DNA from: Phallusia mammillata
Taxonomy: Eukaryota
Direction of reading: 5' to 3'
Assembly: GCA_965637545.1 (NCBI GenBank)
Contig: OZ281494.1
Coordinates: forward strand, 11,284,001-11,348,000
Length of the DNA: 64,000 nt
Shown here: piece after piece, positions 37,287 through 52,200 of the stretch
Layout: the number at the start of each line of letters is the position of its first letter
Numbering within the stretch: position 1 is the stretch's first letter
Made by a program: the position numbers and the translations under genes
The notes under the pieces: model-generated
What the model was told of the DNA's origin: nothing
What the model saw: only the letters and a program-made list of their open reading frames with translations
Databases searched by the model: none

Positions 37287-40200
37287 TACGTCGATTTCCA
37301 AACTGTTTTACCAACTTTTACGTGACAAAACGTTAAGCCATCTGCTAATTTCGATCAAGGGCGCGCCCCCAAAGTCAACCAACAAAAAAGTGGGATCGCC
37401 ACTATCATTACTCCGACGACCGCCCATTTGGATTTGATTGTTTTCAAATGGCGACTAAGCGTCAATAGGGGACAGCGAATATTTTGGTACAACGTCTCTG
37501 TTTGCGGGAGCATTTTTACGACGCAAAGGTCACGAAGATGCTGCGAGGCCGCATCCGGCGCGGGAGAATAGGGGGTCTTTGTTGACGCGAGAGCTTCCGT
37601 GTCATGTTACCGCAGAAACAATGTCGAAGAGGGCGACAGGGCTGGCCGCGAATCTCGTGTAACTGAGGAATAAATGATAACGGAACTTCGGAGGGTGAAC
37701 TTGAATAACCGACGAGAAGCGCGTGGTACAGGCAGGAGGAAATAGCTTCTTCACACTTCATAGACTGTTTCATGTATTTGTTAAGTATCAACTTTCACTG
37801 CAGGACTTTTTCATTAGTGTGTTTTACAATTTGCAATGAATAAGAAACAAACATGGAAGTTTTGAGAAACACAAAGCTTCCAGCTCAATGTTACGTCTAC
37901 TCCACATAAAGAGTCTATATTGGTCACTATTGAGAAAACTCAAGGCAGATCAAAGGACATGTCGGTACTATCGCCCTTCTGGCTATGTAAAACCTTCTCA
38001 ACCAGCTGGACCACTTATGGAAAATGGGCGTGATTCAAAATTTACCAAAATCCCTTGAGATGTCAATCATTTACAATTCCGGAAAAACTTCAAAACGCAA
38101 TTGCTGCAATATGAGCAATACATTGCAATTGGCTATAATTGCCATCCCTTCAGTCACGAAATACCAACTTTGATTTTTCCCCTTTTGCAGCATCAGCACA
38201 CTGAAAGCAAACGTAGTGTTAAAATCGTGAGAACGGCGGCCACTTTACTCTTATGGTCTTCCACGTTCATGTTCGGCAGAATGTCGATAGCAGACTTGAA
38301 ACGAATACATTTGGCAATGCAGACGTAAACATACACACCTCTATGTACATGCAACTTGTAACAAGTGCGATTTGGCGATTTATCAGAATCTTCAGACCAA
38401 ATCGTGTGTACCTTGTGTTTACCTTCGAATTGATCCACCACTCATTTTATCACGACTGCATGTAACTAGGATGGTGCCAAGAAAGTCAAATTGAATGCTA
38501 TTTCCGTTTTACGCGTTTCAAGCACGACAACATTACTAGCGAGGCGGGAATACACGAAATTTAACGGTAAACAGGCTTCATCAAACTAAAGTGCGTCTTT
38601 CTCACGGCACCAACCCATGTTGAAAGCACCACTCCCAAATGCGGCCGAACGCGGTTAATATTTACATAATTAATTACTTAAGGAACTGTAAATAGTACGA
38701 CAAGCCCTGGTACGAGTCGCAAAACCGGATTAACGCTTGTCAGAATGCTTTCAGCAAGTGGCATTGACGCTTAAAAAAACGAAAACACCCCACAAGCCAG
38801 GCAGCGGTTTTGCTGAGGTCGGCGCCTGTAGGTTGAGTGTGAGCCGATTAAAAGTCGCAACTGTGGAGAATTTCAAATGTTAACAATTGACTGTAAACAC
38901 GCTATTTTTTGGACTGTTTTGAAAGCCAATTTTCACAGAACGCATTATATTTACCAGCAACAAGTGGCAATCTTACGATTACAACGAGAGACAACAACGT
39001 CGGCGAACCATAGCAGGCGCAAAACTAAAAAAAACTTGGTAGTAAAAGCAAATACCCCAAACCCGCAGCAAAATGTCAACAGCTTTGGTTATTCCTCCAG
39101 AATCGTTTTTCTCCCACTCTGCACAGGACTGCGAAGCACTTAACACGCGCAGTGACATTTTCATGGGCAGCCTCGAGGTGCCAATAAAGTCGAAAAACGA
39201 AGATGCCCGTGTCCGACCTTATCCCCAGATTAACGAAACGTAGTAGAAAAAAAAGGCACAGGATAGCAAAACTAAAGAAGTTCATACTACATTAGAAACG
39301 CCTACAAATACAAGTTCTTCATCAACAACACTTTATGATAAGCTGCCTAGAATTTAAGAAAATAGGATGGGTTTCGGCAAATTTCCCTTCTGATTCGCCT
39401 GTTACCAAACGCGGACGAGTTTGACACGATCCAGTGACTCAAAGGAGAAACAGAGCAAGGATCAGGGGCCACATCACGCACAACTTTTCCCATGCCACTA
39501 TTTTGGGGGAATTGCCAAATCAATAGGACTTGTTAGCGAAATACGCTGACTTGACTTCGTCAATGTGAATCATCTGGGGCCTCGAAACCCCATCAGTTTC
39601 TCGCCCTGGTGGTCCTGATTTGCTCGTATGACGTAGCATCTGTTTTTAGCTGGCGTCAAGGGTCGACGAATTGAGTATGGGGTCGAAAAAAGCTGTAAAA
39701 CTTACATAATACCAGCCGACTCCGGAAGTTTTCGACCCAAACTTGATACAACGTCATAGGCACTATTGTGGTAGCTCGCGGTGCCTTTGTATCGCGTTTG
39801 GTGACGTGTTGTCGATTAAAGCGTTTGGTGACTGTGGGGTTAACAAAGTGGGTCTTGTCTGGATGATTCCGAAATTTGACTCGACATTGACATTTTCACC
39901 CTTGTCTTGGTCGAGACAGCAAAATGACTACAAGCTTATTGTACGGTCTGCGGAAAAGTTTTAATTGATGTCTAGGCCCTTGAACCAAGGATCCTCCGAA
40001 AACTTCGTAAAGAGGTTGATGACTGATACGGCGACTCCTTGCAAGTGACACAGGTTCTGTCAGCCACGTGGCAGATATATTACAAAAATGGCGCCCACTT
40101 GACCCGGGATGGTCTTCAAAGAAATCAACCATAAGCCCCGGTAATCATTTCTAGCAGGTGTGAAGATCCTCGAAAGTCGTGTCTGTTGTGGTCATTGCGT

Positions 40201-43200
40201 GACAAACGTCACACAGCTAAATCTATAATCGGTTACCGATTCCTCACGGTTACGGCGATCGTGTCGACGTCCACTAAAGCGTGGACAAACATTTTCCGGT
40301 CTCTTCAAAAGCCTTGAGTGTGGTCCGAAAGCACCGTTTCCGAGTAGCTTTGACGCGGTTAAATTGGTGAAGGAAAGTCATCAATTGATTTAACGTTTCC
40401 GAGTGCGTGGTAATGCAAGTGTCAATTGGAGGAGCAGACGTTTAGTGAAAATGACGAATTAACATCTGGTTAGAGTCGTTTCTCCACAGTTTTAAATTTG
40501 ATGTGAAGTGCTAGGATCGGAAATGAACCCTAAACCAATTTGACCTGAACACCTGATATGATGTTAACTAACTTTGTGCCTTTATTATTACGGTTTGACG
40601 GAAGCTCAAGTCACCGCATGACGATTTAAAACAAATTCTCCAAACGTAAATTTATTCAGCATTTAAGGTCACTCTTTAGAGATTTATGTGTGTATCTATA
40701 CATAACACCCATTAACATTTGTATTTGCTCACGCCTTTACGGTTGACGAAAGTAGCGAAAGGTTTGTTCATACAACAAAAGTATAGGTCAATAGCAACGA
40801 TACGTTAAACTTCACGGTTATAAAAGACAAATATAACCTTTTTAACGCAAGCTGCTAGCATGACAAGGTCAGAAAAAGTAAAAATACGATAGAGCTATAC
40901 GCAACAATGACGGGGTTGGGCAACAAATAATTTATAAATTACGGAATGCGCAGGGAATACAGTTGCAGTTTACGAGACATATTTAAAAGAACTTGGCATG
41001 ATATTTGTTAACATTACGTCAATTGAACAGTCAATTCCATTTGTCTGTCAAACGGCACATTTAGCAAAACCGAAGAAGTATTCTATTACCAAGACTACCC
41101 AAATCGCTGAAAGTAGCAACAATCTGGTGTTTAGGGCCTAGTGTGCGATCACCCAATCAGAAGATCAAATCTAACGAGGTGTTGACTTAAGAGGTAGGAT
41201 AATGGAAGAATAACGACGGGTTGCAGACAGCAACATTTGTCTTTCTGTAAATTGAAATATTTTTGTACTGGTTTTTCAGGCTACGGTTGCGTTCGGGTGC
41301 AATTATGGGTATTAATCAATATTTAGGAGACAGGAACGTGTTACATCCAAAAGAAGCAAACATATATATAATGTAAGCAGCCTAAGTTAAACCGGTCGAC
41401 GCTTTACTGTGACAGAAAATAAAGACAAGCCGTCGTTTTAACGAGTTCTGCGTTTTTGTAACTACGTACCTGCATTAGTAAAACAAACGTAGCAGCACTA
41501 CTAACGCAGCAATATTTTAGAAAGGTAAATATGAAAAATATGGAATAACATCTTAACAGGAAAACCAGGCAAAGGTGGTGACATGTTCCTAAGAATCAAC
41601 GATAAAAAGAACTCTATGCAATTAATTAACAAAACATTCTGTTTTCGTGTATGGTTCATTGCTATCAACATCCCCCTTAAAACACTTTCGTAATTGAACG
41701 GGAGCTTAAAAAACCCGATGTGGAGCATAATGCAGTTGCGTATTTCCCCAAACTCGGTGACAAATTATTATTTATTACTATGCCAATGATCATTAATTCT
41801 CAGCTGTCGCCTTTTCTCAATGAAAAACATTTGTAATCAGATAGAACCAGGAAAACTAGCGAAGCGTACCTAAGCAATACAAACTATAAACTATCTAAAT
41901 GTGTCAATTTAAGGTTATGAGTGCATTCAGTGTATTTACGTCGACAATGTACATCCGGTGCAGTTAAACCGAAATTTACTCAGATGTGTTGAGTAAATTG
42001 CTCGGCCCGTCGAATGCGTGTGCCACGTCAACCTGTATTGATCTTTGGTTGGAAAAGGTGTATCCGCAAAGACCCTGCTGCGTTGTGGAAAACTTTGTAT
42101 TTGGTCGGAAGCTGAGGGATGTTATGCGTATTGCTGACATCCAACACCAACAATGGATGCACTTCAATGAAGCGATCAATTGTTACTAGAAACCACAACT
42201 AGTGAACTTAATACGCTGGAAAGGGCAATCTGCAACAAATTCGATATTCACAAAAATAAAATGAGATATTCTTCGTTAATCACGATGCGCTTTTATTATT
42301 CATATACGCCTACCACAAACTGTCCATGGTGGCTCAGGCGTTAACAAAAACAACAAGCACAACCTTAAGTTGTTACAGATAATTAGATCAAATCCCGCTT
42401 TGCTGCGGTGTGTTCCAGAATGCAAAATCTAATCAAAGCTTTATAGAATAGTTACTTTTGGGTCAGTTGCATTAAACATTTACAAAGTTTTGCATGAGCA
42501 GACAACGTCGAAGACATTCAAAGCACACAAAATACCGTCAACAAATTAACTAGAAACTTGATATTGTCCTCGTATGATTTTCGTCACCTTGGTTGCAGCA
42601 CAAAGTGATAAATTTAACTACTAGGCCTACTCAGTAGCATTTGTCAAATCCGAGATCAGCCATAACGCGGAAACGAAGTTCACGCATAACTTGAGAAGGA
42701 AATCGCACAATCCTCGTTGCTTAACAGCCACAAGTCTTGTGTTTACGCCTATAATGCTAAGGTTGTGATGTGGGGGTCGAATAACAAATTCACTCACCAC
42801 TGTTATGAAAACTTGAGTTTTGCGACAAATCCCTACAAAGCTGTTCAATGGGTTTCTTTCGGGTTTTGGCGTAAAATTAACTTGGCGGCATAATGGATCA
42901 ACGTATATTTGCGGATTTCCTCTACTTTATCTTTAAGCTTTACCTTAATCAACAAGACAAATAAGAACAAAATATTTAAGTTTTGTTTTTGCCAAAATAC
43001 AACGTAATTTACCATTTAACGTGCGTGTCGAGTTGAATGCTTGTGTAATTTGTGTACAAACTCGCCACAAACACAATTAGGAAACTAATCAGTCGAACGT
43101 CATTAAAAATAAAGGAAGATGTGGTTTAGAAAAATTTACCACATTTTTTCAAAAAAATGTTTGATTTATGACATTTCTCTTGTTTTGGAAAAAGTCGATA

Positions 43201-46200
43201 TGATTTAATTCCAGTAAAATTCCTCACTATGCTTTTCAATCCTCAAAAGACAAAAAATCACAGGAGAACGGGACGTTTTCCACAACCCATTAGCACAGAT
43301 TTAAAGTCGGTACCACATTAATGAACCGTTATGTATGGGTTGGGGTGCGGCAGCAGTTGCAAACTCGGTTTAAAACCCTTTTCCTTCGACGTTGATTAGG
43401 CCAGGAACCCAACGAACAGGGGTGAGCGCATTAGGTGTCTTCGCAAGTCCTTGGACTACCTAAGCACGCGCGGAATGTAGTTCATACAGTTGACGTGTGC
43501 CTTGGTAGGTGCCGAAAGACTTGTTTTCGAGGCTCTTGAGCTAAGCTTGGTAGACAAGGAAGCGGCTGGTGGAATCGACGCACACTACCGCGACCTTTTA
43601 GCAGAACTTCCATTCACGTAAAAGTGATTTTCCCCGGACTGGGTTACATTCGCGCCAGCCCAACCCATTCCGTTTTTGGTTGGAACGCCCCAGCGCGATT
43701 TGAAAAGTTGACGATCGAAACAAATTTCCGAGCTCGTTGCTTTGAAGGCAAGCCGCCCGAACTGATCTGACAAGCGATGATGATCGGAAAGTGCTCTGAG
43801 ATTGATCAGAGCTCGCCGACACAAATGGCCTTCATGGGCCACAGAACGTGGGAAAGTCACACCCCGGCCTTGTTACTTAGAAAGACACTCCCTAAATCGC
43901 GAACAAACATAACGAAAACCTGAGCCAATCACAACAGTCGGAATATGACATCCAATAGCCTTGTTCACACACGCTAAACAAACTAAGACGCGACTGTGGG
44001 CAACCGTATACCCTAAATACAAGATCGAATTATGCCCCACTTGCCCAAGCGGCTGAATACAGTTGTGCTGCATCCTTTGTGTACATCCACTAGGCATGGG
44101 TAATGGCTTGACATAAAGACCACCATCCAGATTTAGCTTTAAAAACAGATTTAGCTTAAAAACATACCACATAACATCAAAACAGCTTTACCCACAGCTT
44201 GCTAATTCAAGTCGTTTTGCATCATACAATGTAAAGAAGACCATGATACCGCCCAACTATAACATGAACTTGTTGCAAGGCTGTAAAATCGAGTAAAAGT
44301 GTCATAAGTAAAAAAGTGTTATAAACGACGTACTCTATCTCATCACTTGTTTGTAATTCGTAGTTATTTATCTACAAACAAATACTATCCGCAACAAAAG
44401 AAAAAACGCTTATAGTCGAAAAACCCACATCCCTCATTGATAAAAAGAAAACTTTCGCATGGGGAATAAATAGTATCAAAGATGGCCAGTTTAGCGACAT
44501 TGATATAAGATGTCTTGGTGAGAGTGCACAACAGCAGTGTGGTGCACAAAGGAAGCACTTATTGCGACGTTTCGGTCACTGACCTTCAAAACAAAATTAC
44601 TTTTGCTATGTATTTTTGGAGATAATTGCTTGGTGGTGGCAGCTTAAACGAAGAACATGCTTAAACGGTCGCAAGATGCGTAAGATGAATCAAGTTGCTT
44701 TTCACAAACACCGCGTCATCTTACATGACCACAAGACATGAAGCTGAATCCCGTTAAATGTGGTAAATAAGTTTTAGCAAAACAACTCTGGTAAGGCCTG
44801 CTTTTCTGGACCTTTACTGCAGGCATGCCTGCTGTTTACTCGACATAATGTTTAGCAATTCACTTTTGAATAAAACGTCAACTAAAACTCCGACGGGAAA
44901 CCGTATTGCATGTAAGGGGTAAAAAGTTTCAGACAAAAATTACCAGGGAGCAACGATAACCATTTGATTTTTTAGGTAATAGTGTTTTTCTTCCAAACAA
45001 ATCACTAATTCCTGTTACCACCAAGACACATGGGAAACCTTTTAAATCAAGAAAATACTAAATGATAGTTCCGCGAACAAACTCGAAACGAGTTTCTGCC
45101 GATCTATCAGAGTTTTACGACTTATAGAAAACGGATCATTACAAAATGTGACGCAGACGTCTCCAGATCCCCATAACAATCACCTGCCCAAATTACCCAA
45201 GGCCTACTAACTCTTTGATGTGAAGACAGACGTGCAACGCGGACTGGCACAAGCAAACACTCCATCGTGGTCAGTTGACGCGGTTTCGGTCAGTTTTGGC
45301 GGCCCATAACATCATTATGACGTATTGTCCAGGAAAATGATGACGAAACGATCCTGGGCTAGGGAGAAGAGTGTTGGAAGGTTGGGGCATCTTTCCCACG
45401 GAAGTTTTGGCCACCACGGCCAGTGATGAGCTGTTGAACCGTGATTGAAATATCGCGTGAAATGTTTGGAGAAATTGGTCTATGGTGCTTACTGGTAGAA
45501 CGCCAACGCATCTCCAAATACAGGAAGCTATCACATGCACTTGACGTTTGTTGGGGAAACATTAGAAGCGCAGATTTTGCGTCAATGCGTAATCGTCCCA
45601 CAGTTATATTTGGCGAAGGAGAAACATATAATTAACTCACGCCACGCAAGGAATCTGTTGGTCATATGCATGGTCCAGTTGGCGTTGAAGTCCTTCCTAT
45701 TGTAACCGCCCTTGTAATTCGTGGAAACGGGAACATCAACGACAAACACATGCATGAGCAACGTTAGCATCATGTTTCCACGCAAACTATTTTTGCAATC
45801 AATCGAGCATGATTCAATGAAAACAAACGAGCCAGAACGTCTCGATATTCAGAGCCAGCTCACTGGTGGTTTTAATGTATTTTGATACCTTGTTTAATTG
45901 AGTCATTCCCATTTGCGGCAAGAGTAACCACAAATATCTGTCTAAGGTTAATGACATCGCCTGTGTAAAGGTTTGAGTCACTTTTTGTCCATTCCCAAGC
46001 GACAGTATAGGTCAAATGATGAACAACACATTGGTTTTGATGATCTGGTCTTTCAAACGGTTAATATTTAGAGCCTGTGCATTTGTGAAATTTCAAACGT
46101 TTTTGTGTCCCATCACGCAACTTAACACACACCAAATAGAAAACAAGTTAATGCTTTTATCAAAATGTCTGGTGCAGACAGGGGCTTATCTCTGGACACA

Positions 46201-49200
46201 TGAACGCGTCAATGACACTCTATATTTCAAAATTTTACATTTTAGTAATATGACACAAAGTATATATTTACTTGACCAAATTAAATCAGTTTGTTCAGTA
46301 GATAGAAGCGTTGACGCAATAACACGCTTTTATAACCTAGATGTATTACACGATCCAGACTCCGTGTTGAATTCCTCTTCCTCCCAAGTGCTCACCGAAC
46401 GACGGTTTGTTGGTAAATGTTTAGCTAGCGTTTCTAGGTGAAGGATCCCAAAAGATGACTAATGCCTCGCGGATACGACATACAACACGAGATTGTGAGC
46501 TGATTTGCGACGAAGGCCAATACAAAATCTTTATGTTTACCGATTGAGGAGTGTCCCTGCTTGTCCTCCCTCTGAACCAACACTTGAGCTTTGTCAAGAT
46601 CTGCCACTCAGAAAGAGCTTTTGCTTCCGACAGCCACTATCCCAACCCTTCCCATTCGGAAATTATGAGATGTCGCACCAAACCCGAGTTTATATAAAAT
46701 GTCCATTGGAGGCATGTTGAAGCCAATAAATCGTTGTACAGATTATAATTATCAATGCAAAGACGATTGTGAAAAATATAACAACCTGAATGGACATCAT
46801 ACTTTACTCCTTTACAAACAAAACCGTGTATGATGTTCCAAGTACACAAGCTATTTAAAAAATGAAGCGTGCCATTTTGCAAATGTCAGCAAAACAAACA
46901 ATCTTGGAAATTAAGATGAAAGCTTGGCAATAAAAAACGATTGAAGTATTACACCCAAAAATACTATTTTGGTTCCTAAATTCCTTCCTATTTAATTTTC
47001 TGTTTCAAACGTTAAAAAATGCTTGCGAACACAAACTCCCGGGGTTCTCATACCAGAAACAAGTGAAGTGAGTTCACTAAAATTCCACAAAACATGTCGG
47101 TATGACAGATAAACACTGCAACCATCTCTCCACACACGACAGCTGGAATTTCGCATCAATAACGCCTTAAAGACGTTTTTCTTTCCAGCAAGGAGATTGA
47201 AGTAAACTGTCACGTATTCGAAAAATGCAACGAGGACTGTAATATGACACAAAGTTGTCTTGTTACATGACGTCGCTAGATGTTCCTAGTCGTATTGCAA
47301 AAGTCGGAAGCAGTTCAGGCAGCGTGAAAAACACGTTTTTTGTTTGCTCTTTTGTGTCCCCACTTTTCAAGCATTTGTTTGTTACAAGCTCCATGTTACG
47401 TAAAATAATAACGGAACTGAAATCTTGCAAACCAAAAAGATTTCTCTTAAAGGAAACCGTTTTTTGAGTTTCCAAGAGTGACAAACTTCTTCCAGCCAGT
47501 TTTGACATAATCACGGCACAAACGTTGTCTACCGATTTGCCTAGTAGTACATCCCATGGTTGTTTACAGATGATTCTTTTACGTCTCGCTTTAAGACTTC
47601 CTTCCGACAGGTTAAGTAAAGATTTTTCGACGCAGACGTTCACGAGCCACATTAACAGACGATCAACAAACTCGATACGTGGGCGACAAATTTGCAGCCG
47701 CCGGTGCAAGTGCTACAGACGTCTCGATTAAAACTGCAAATCGACGAAAACGTCCCTATTTAGAAGCGGTTTCCCTTCGATGATGTAGCGGTATCCAGAC
47801 TTTCACCTATAGGGGGAACTTCTTGACAATTATTAGACAGTTCGTGCACGTTGGTGGGACTTGTCCGGCAACATATCTCATTACCATTTACGTTTTTTGC
47901 TTCCCCACATCCTCTATAATACCTTTTCTCAACTTGTCGGTAGTTAATATTTACAAATGGTGGTGGCAAACCGCCGGCATCATCGGCAAAAATAGCGTGT
48001 AGGAGTACGGGAGCCCCGCCATGGCGCAAGAACAATATTATTGGAAATTGGAAACATTTGTACTGTTGTAACAAAGTTATTGATGGAGAACTGTTGTGTC
48101 ATTTTGATTGGACACCCCCTCCAACAAAAACATTCTGAAGTTGACGAGGCTTATTAATATAGAACATACATGCCTGTTGACAATGAGGAGAAAACAGAAT
48201 AACTACGCAGAACTGTTTTTGTTTTGTTTTCACTAAAATGAACAGTTTTACGTCATATTTTTTATAACAATGAGCAAAGCTCTCGTTTTTCCAAACGCTT
48301 CAGTTGTTTCCAATTGGAAACCATGACTCTACGAACTACATAAAACCACAAAAATGAAACGCATTCAAATAAACAGCATCATCCAGCTGCTTTGGTGTAC
48401 ACATGCAAAATTCGAGTTTGAAACAACAGCTCTAAACCCAACGACGTGCTGAGGCAGTGGGTTTACGAGTCACGAAGTTCAGAGCGCAGCAAAGCGGGCA
48501 AAAGAGGAGTAGAACCTGTCGGGTTTATTTGCGCAATGCTAAACAATCTGAAGTGGAAAGGATTGAAAATGAGTCCGAACCACACGAAAGATCTCCGAAG
48601 AAAGCGTCGCTTTTGATGGCTTTGAAATAAATGTGAAACGAGCGACGAAGAGGCCGCGACTCTTTCAACATGGAATCCGTAAAAACAAGCTTCTATAGAC
48701 AGACGATTCGGTGGTTTTGTAAACCTTTCGTATCAAATACTGTTTGAACCACACTAAAAATAACACATTCACATTTTTTGTAAAAAAAGTAAACCGACAG
48801 TATCATGTGGCAATTCTTGCAATTTTACTAGCATATTGATATCCTTCAAAAATTGTGTAACGTTTTGGTAACTTTTCCTAAAACCTTAATACATAAACCA
48901 AGCCCTTCACTTTTTGTCTTTAATTCGGCCACTTGTTCCGACGGTACTTCCTGTTGATCGCATTCTGTAAGCAAAGAATGCTTGATATTTAGGAGCGTTT
49001 TAGGATAAGAAACGTCGGTCATGTTTTTTATGTTTGTGCACCATTTGACCAAATTTACTGTCACACCATAACTGTATTTGTATAGAAAATCGTCACAATA
49101 ACAAAATCAGTTTAACGTAAATTGTAATTACTGCTGCAGCGCGAGTACTTGAAGTGGGTCGCGACGCGCGCCTGAAGTAGATTTGCGTCACTTTTGTCAG

Positions 49201-52200
49201 ATTCCGAGTACACAGCAGTAATTGCGGTTGTGTAAGGATCGTGCCAATAAACCAGGCCTTACGATTACGACGCTCCCACCAAAGCCATTACCTCATCATG
49301 TTATTTTGTTTTCTTTAAAGGGCCGACGCAATAGAAAAATCTAAACTTCTAGAGTGGGTTTACCGTGTGTGCTTACACTTGTCAACATACGAGCAAAAAG
49401 GATCAAGTCGCATCGTTCTATTAATAAATTTCAAACTTGAAACCGCAAAAGGCTCAGCACCGACAAGACAGAACCGCAATAACCCGGGTAGGATGCTCTA
49501 ATGAAAACTTTCCTTCAGCAAAAACACTCGTACCCAAGGCAAGTGCTGTCGAGAGTCGACCAACCCCCGTTTGAGCTGGGTAGGGCTTCTAACACCGCGC
49601 ACCTTCAACGCACAAACACTGCTTTGTTAGAGGTTATGCAGGGACAGGTTTAATCTTAGCGCTGTGGTGTAGTTTTTCTCTTCGTGCTGCCCTCTACTAT
49701 ATTCATAGTACAGCCACCGTATGAGGTGTCTATGCAACAAAAGTTATCATGTGCAAAAAAGAAAAAACAGTCAACAATCTCTTAATTGCGTTAATGTTTG
49801 ACCTATAGGCAGCGATAAAACCTTAAAATTCGGGATATACAGGTGGAATGCACCCTGTTTAGATCAGAGGGTAGCAGCACGTGAGGGTTCAGGGTTCATT
49901 AAACCACTTCAAGTGCATGTAAGTCCCTTCTCCTCAGCGCTAAGTCTGCATGTTTACGCCGTGTTACCGGTATTAGACGGCAGGTTTCCGTAACAAGCCG
50001 GTCCAATAACCATTCAGACGACCAACAACAAACATGATACGAGACCACACTTGCACTTGCTGCAAACAACAAGCCACGCGGTACATCTTACTGAATTACA
50101 ACGACCGTTTTCCCATTTTTCAAATTCCTTGACATTCAAAGTTGCAAAAAGCTGGGTAAAGTGCTGAACTAAACCGAGGTAGCCTATGCCATCATATTAC
50201 TAAAATTAAAATCCGTTATATACCTTAACAACAAATGTGGCGTTTTTCGGGGTTGAGGCTTCGACCCTTTTCTTGGATCTAATGGGATCATGTGACCTCA
50301 ACTAAATTGCACAAGCGAGCTTGAGATGTGTGACTGTTGTGGTCGCTCGAGCAATTTCGCCGAAACGACAAGCGCACTTGTGAAAGTGGAGTGAGGTGTG
50401 TCAGCGTGGACAATGTGGGCGTACCAAGTGCTCGTCATCCTTACACTGGCCACTTGCTGTGATCAGCGGCCTTTAAAGCAAATCAGGCTGTGCAAACATA
50501 AAGATGACACCGCCCAGAGACGAATCATCATTGCCCATGGTCAAAATGATACTACGATCCTTGTGTGTTTTATCAGTAATGTACTGACTTTTCCGTGTAA
50601 AATGTGTATGCCAGACGGGCGTTTTAAGTGTAAATTCAAGGCTTGAAATAAGTGAAGCGCATGCCTTGTGACATTCCTTTGCACAGGAGAATCGCTTGTG
50701 GCTTGTAGGGAGCGGGGTATCCCATTATTGCCAGGCTAAAAGTGCCGCGGCCATAACCCACAAGACATGAACTTACGCTGATTAAATCAGCAAAAAAATA
50801 AGTCGCATTCAACGGTGTCAGGCACATCAATTGGGTGGGGCAACAGACGGAAACAAGATTCGGTTCAGTTCACAGCAGGTCGGTGATATGACACGCGATA
50901 GTTAACACAAAAAGTCAGCAAATTTCAAATGTGTTTGATTAGTTATTAGCACCGCTGACTTGCTTATGTTATCTTGTGAAGGTTTGCGTGCAAAAGGGTA
51001 TGTTTACTGTCGCGTCACAATCAACTCCCGACGCCTGGCATTAATCGACTTTTTGCAACCGCGTGGCCTTTGTGGTGGGATCACGGGTGGCAGCAGTGCT
51101 TTTGTGTAATCTGACCACGATAAGGTATCACCGGAAAAGATCTAAGATGTCCAGTCGCCGGTACTACTCATGTGTAATGCGTTATTTGATGAGATCACAC
51201 TAAAACGTGGATATGCCTACAGATCCTATATCCACTAAAACGCAGACCGGGTACAAAGATAAAAGGTCTGTGATAAAAATTATTCAAAAGAGGTAATACA
51301 CAAATTTTGTTAGTTTAGTAGCGTTCAAAACTACAATTGAATCCAATATCTTGCTAGGACATTTTCCCTTCAACTTTAGACACCTGATATTCCACGAATA
51401 AAAATTCATGTTGCTGCGACTTAACACGCACTGTTATAACCGTTTGGGGAATAAAAAACAAACAGTTTTTGAACACGGAGCACTGTCCAGAAGAAAACTA
51501 TTTAAAGTATTCATGCGCGGATTTCTTTTACGAGTAATTCGTGCCGCTAAAAGAATGTGCGAGCCGGCTTGTTTGCCAACTGCAAAGTTCACGCAACGTA
51601 CCGAAGAATTCCTGACCGTTAAAAGCAAGCATTCCCTTGCAGCTACACTAAAAAACCATTAGTGTCATTTCCAAAAATGGACTGTCACAACAAAAACGAC
51701 GATGGGCAGCTAAACATAGAATATGTGGGAATGTACTTGCTCTGTTTTACTCAAGGACATCATTTGTAACAATTTAACAATTATCACACAATCACTCTTT
51801 AGCGCAGGGACAATTAACGCTAATCGCACGGTGTGGCTGTGAAAACGATTTTAGCCACGACCGCCGCACACTTTCTCTCACGCCACTTGCGCGCAAGCCA
51901 GGTTCGCACGGTGTTGGCACCTTGTCTTTCATATCGAATATCGAACAGGTATCGACCTTCGAAACTCGGTTACAAGCGCGTGTGACTGGCGGTTGCAGTG
52001 GCATTGCATTCAAGATCCCACCCACATGCAGAAAGCAGTGAACAATTGCGGTTAAGTATCTGCTACCGTGGCAAGGCGCAGCGTCAATAAAACTAGGAGA
52101 TATCAGGTAATGCTAATTGCCGATAACCACCTTTACCTACGTCACACGTGCGTCACCGGAGGTCACAATATCTCGATCGCTTTCTTTCCCTTCCAGGTTT

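Noticed and set aside
45330-45440. C-box-like ATGATGA/GTGATGA motifs
   Set aside because: No properly spaced D box with terminal stem, and no established host intron.
45641-45786. Minus-strand segment ending in a GTGAGT donor that encodes ...MH...DF...HMTNRFLAW, resembling the tyrosinase CuA motif H-x4-F-L-x-W-H
   Set aside because: Weak acceptor; no convincing next exon giving HR-x2-L-x3-E; no PYWD or CuB (DPxFxxHH) exon found in the window.
47263-48074. Two adjacent long minus-strand ORFs (148 and 104 aa)
   Set aside because: No recognisable domain, no clear splice boundaries, alternative start codons; not distinguishable from chance.
48422-48613. VLRQWVYE resembling helix 1 of a TALE homeodomain
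   Set aside because: No PYP loop or WFxN helix 3 follows; frame is closed on both sides.
49453-49475. RE1/NRSE-like CTCAGCACC...AGACAG
   Set aside because: Wrong spacer and imperfect right half; single occurrence.
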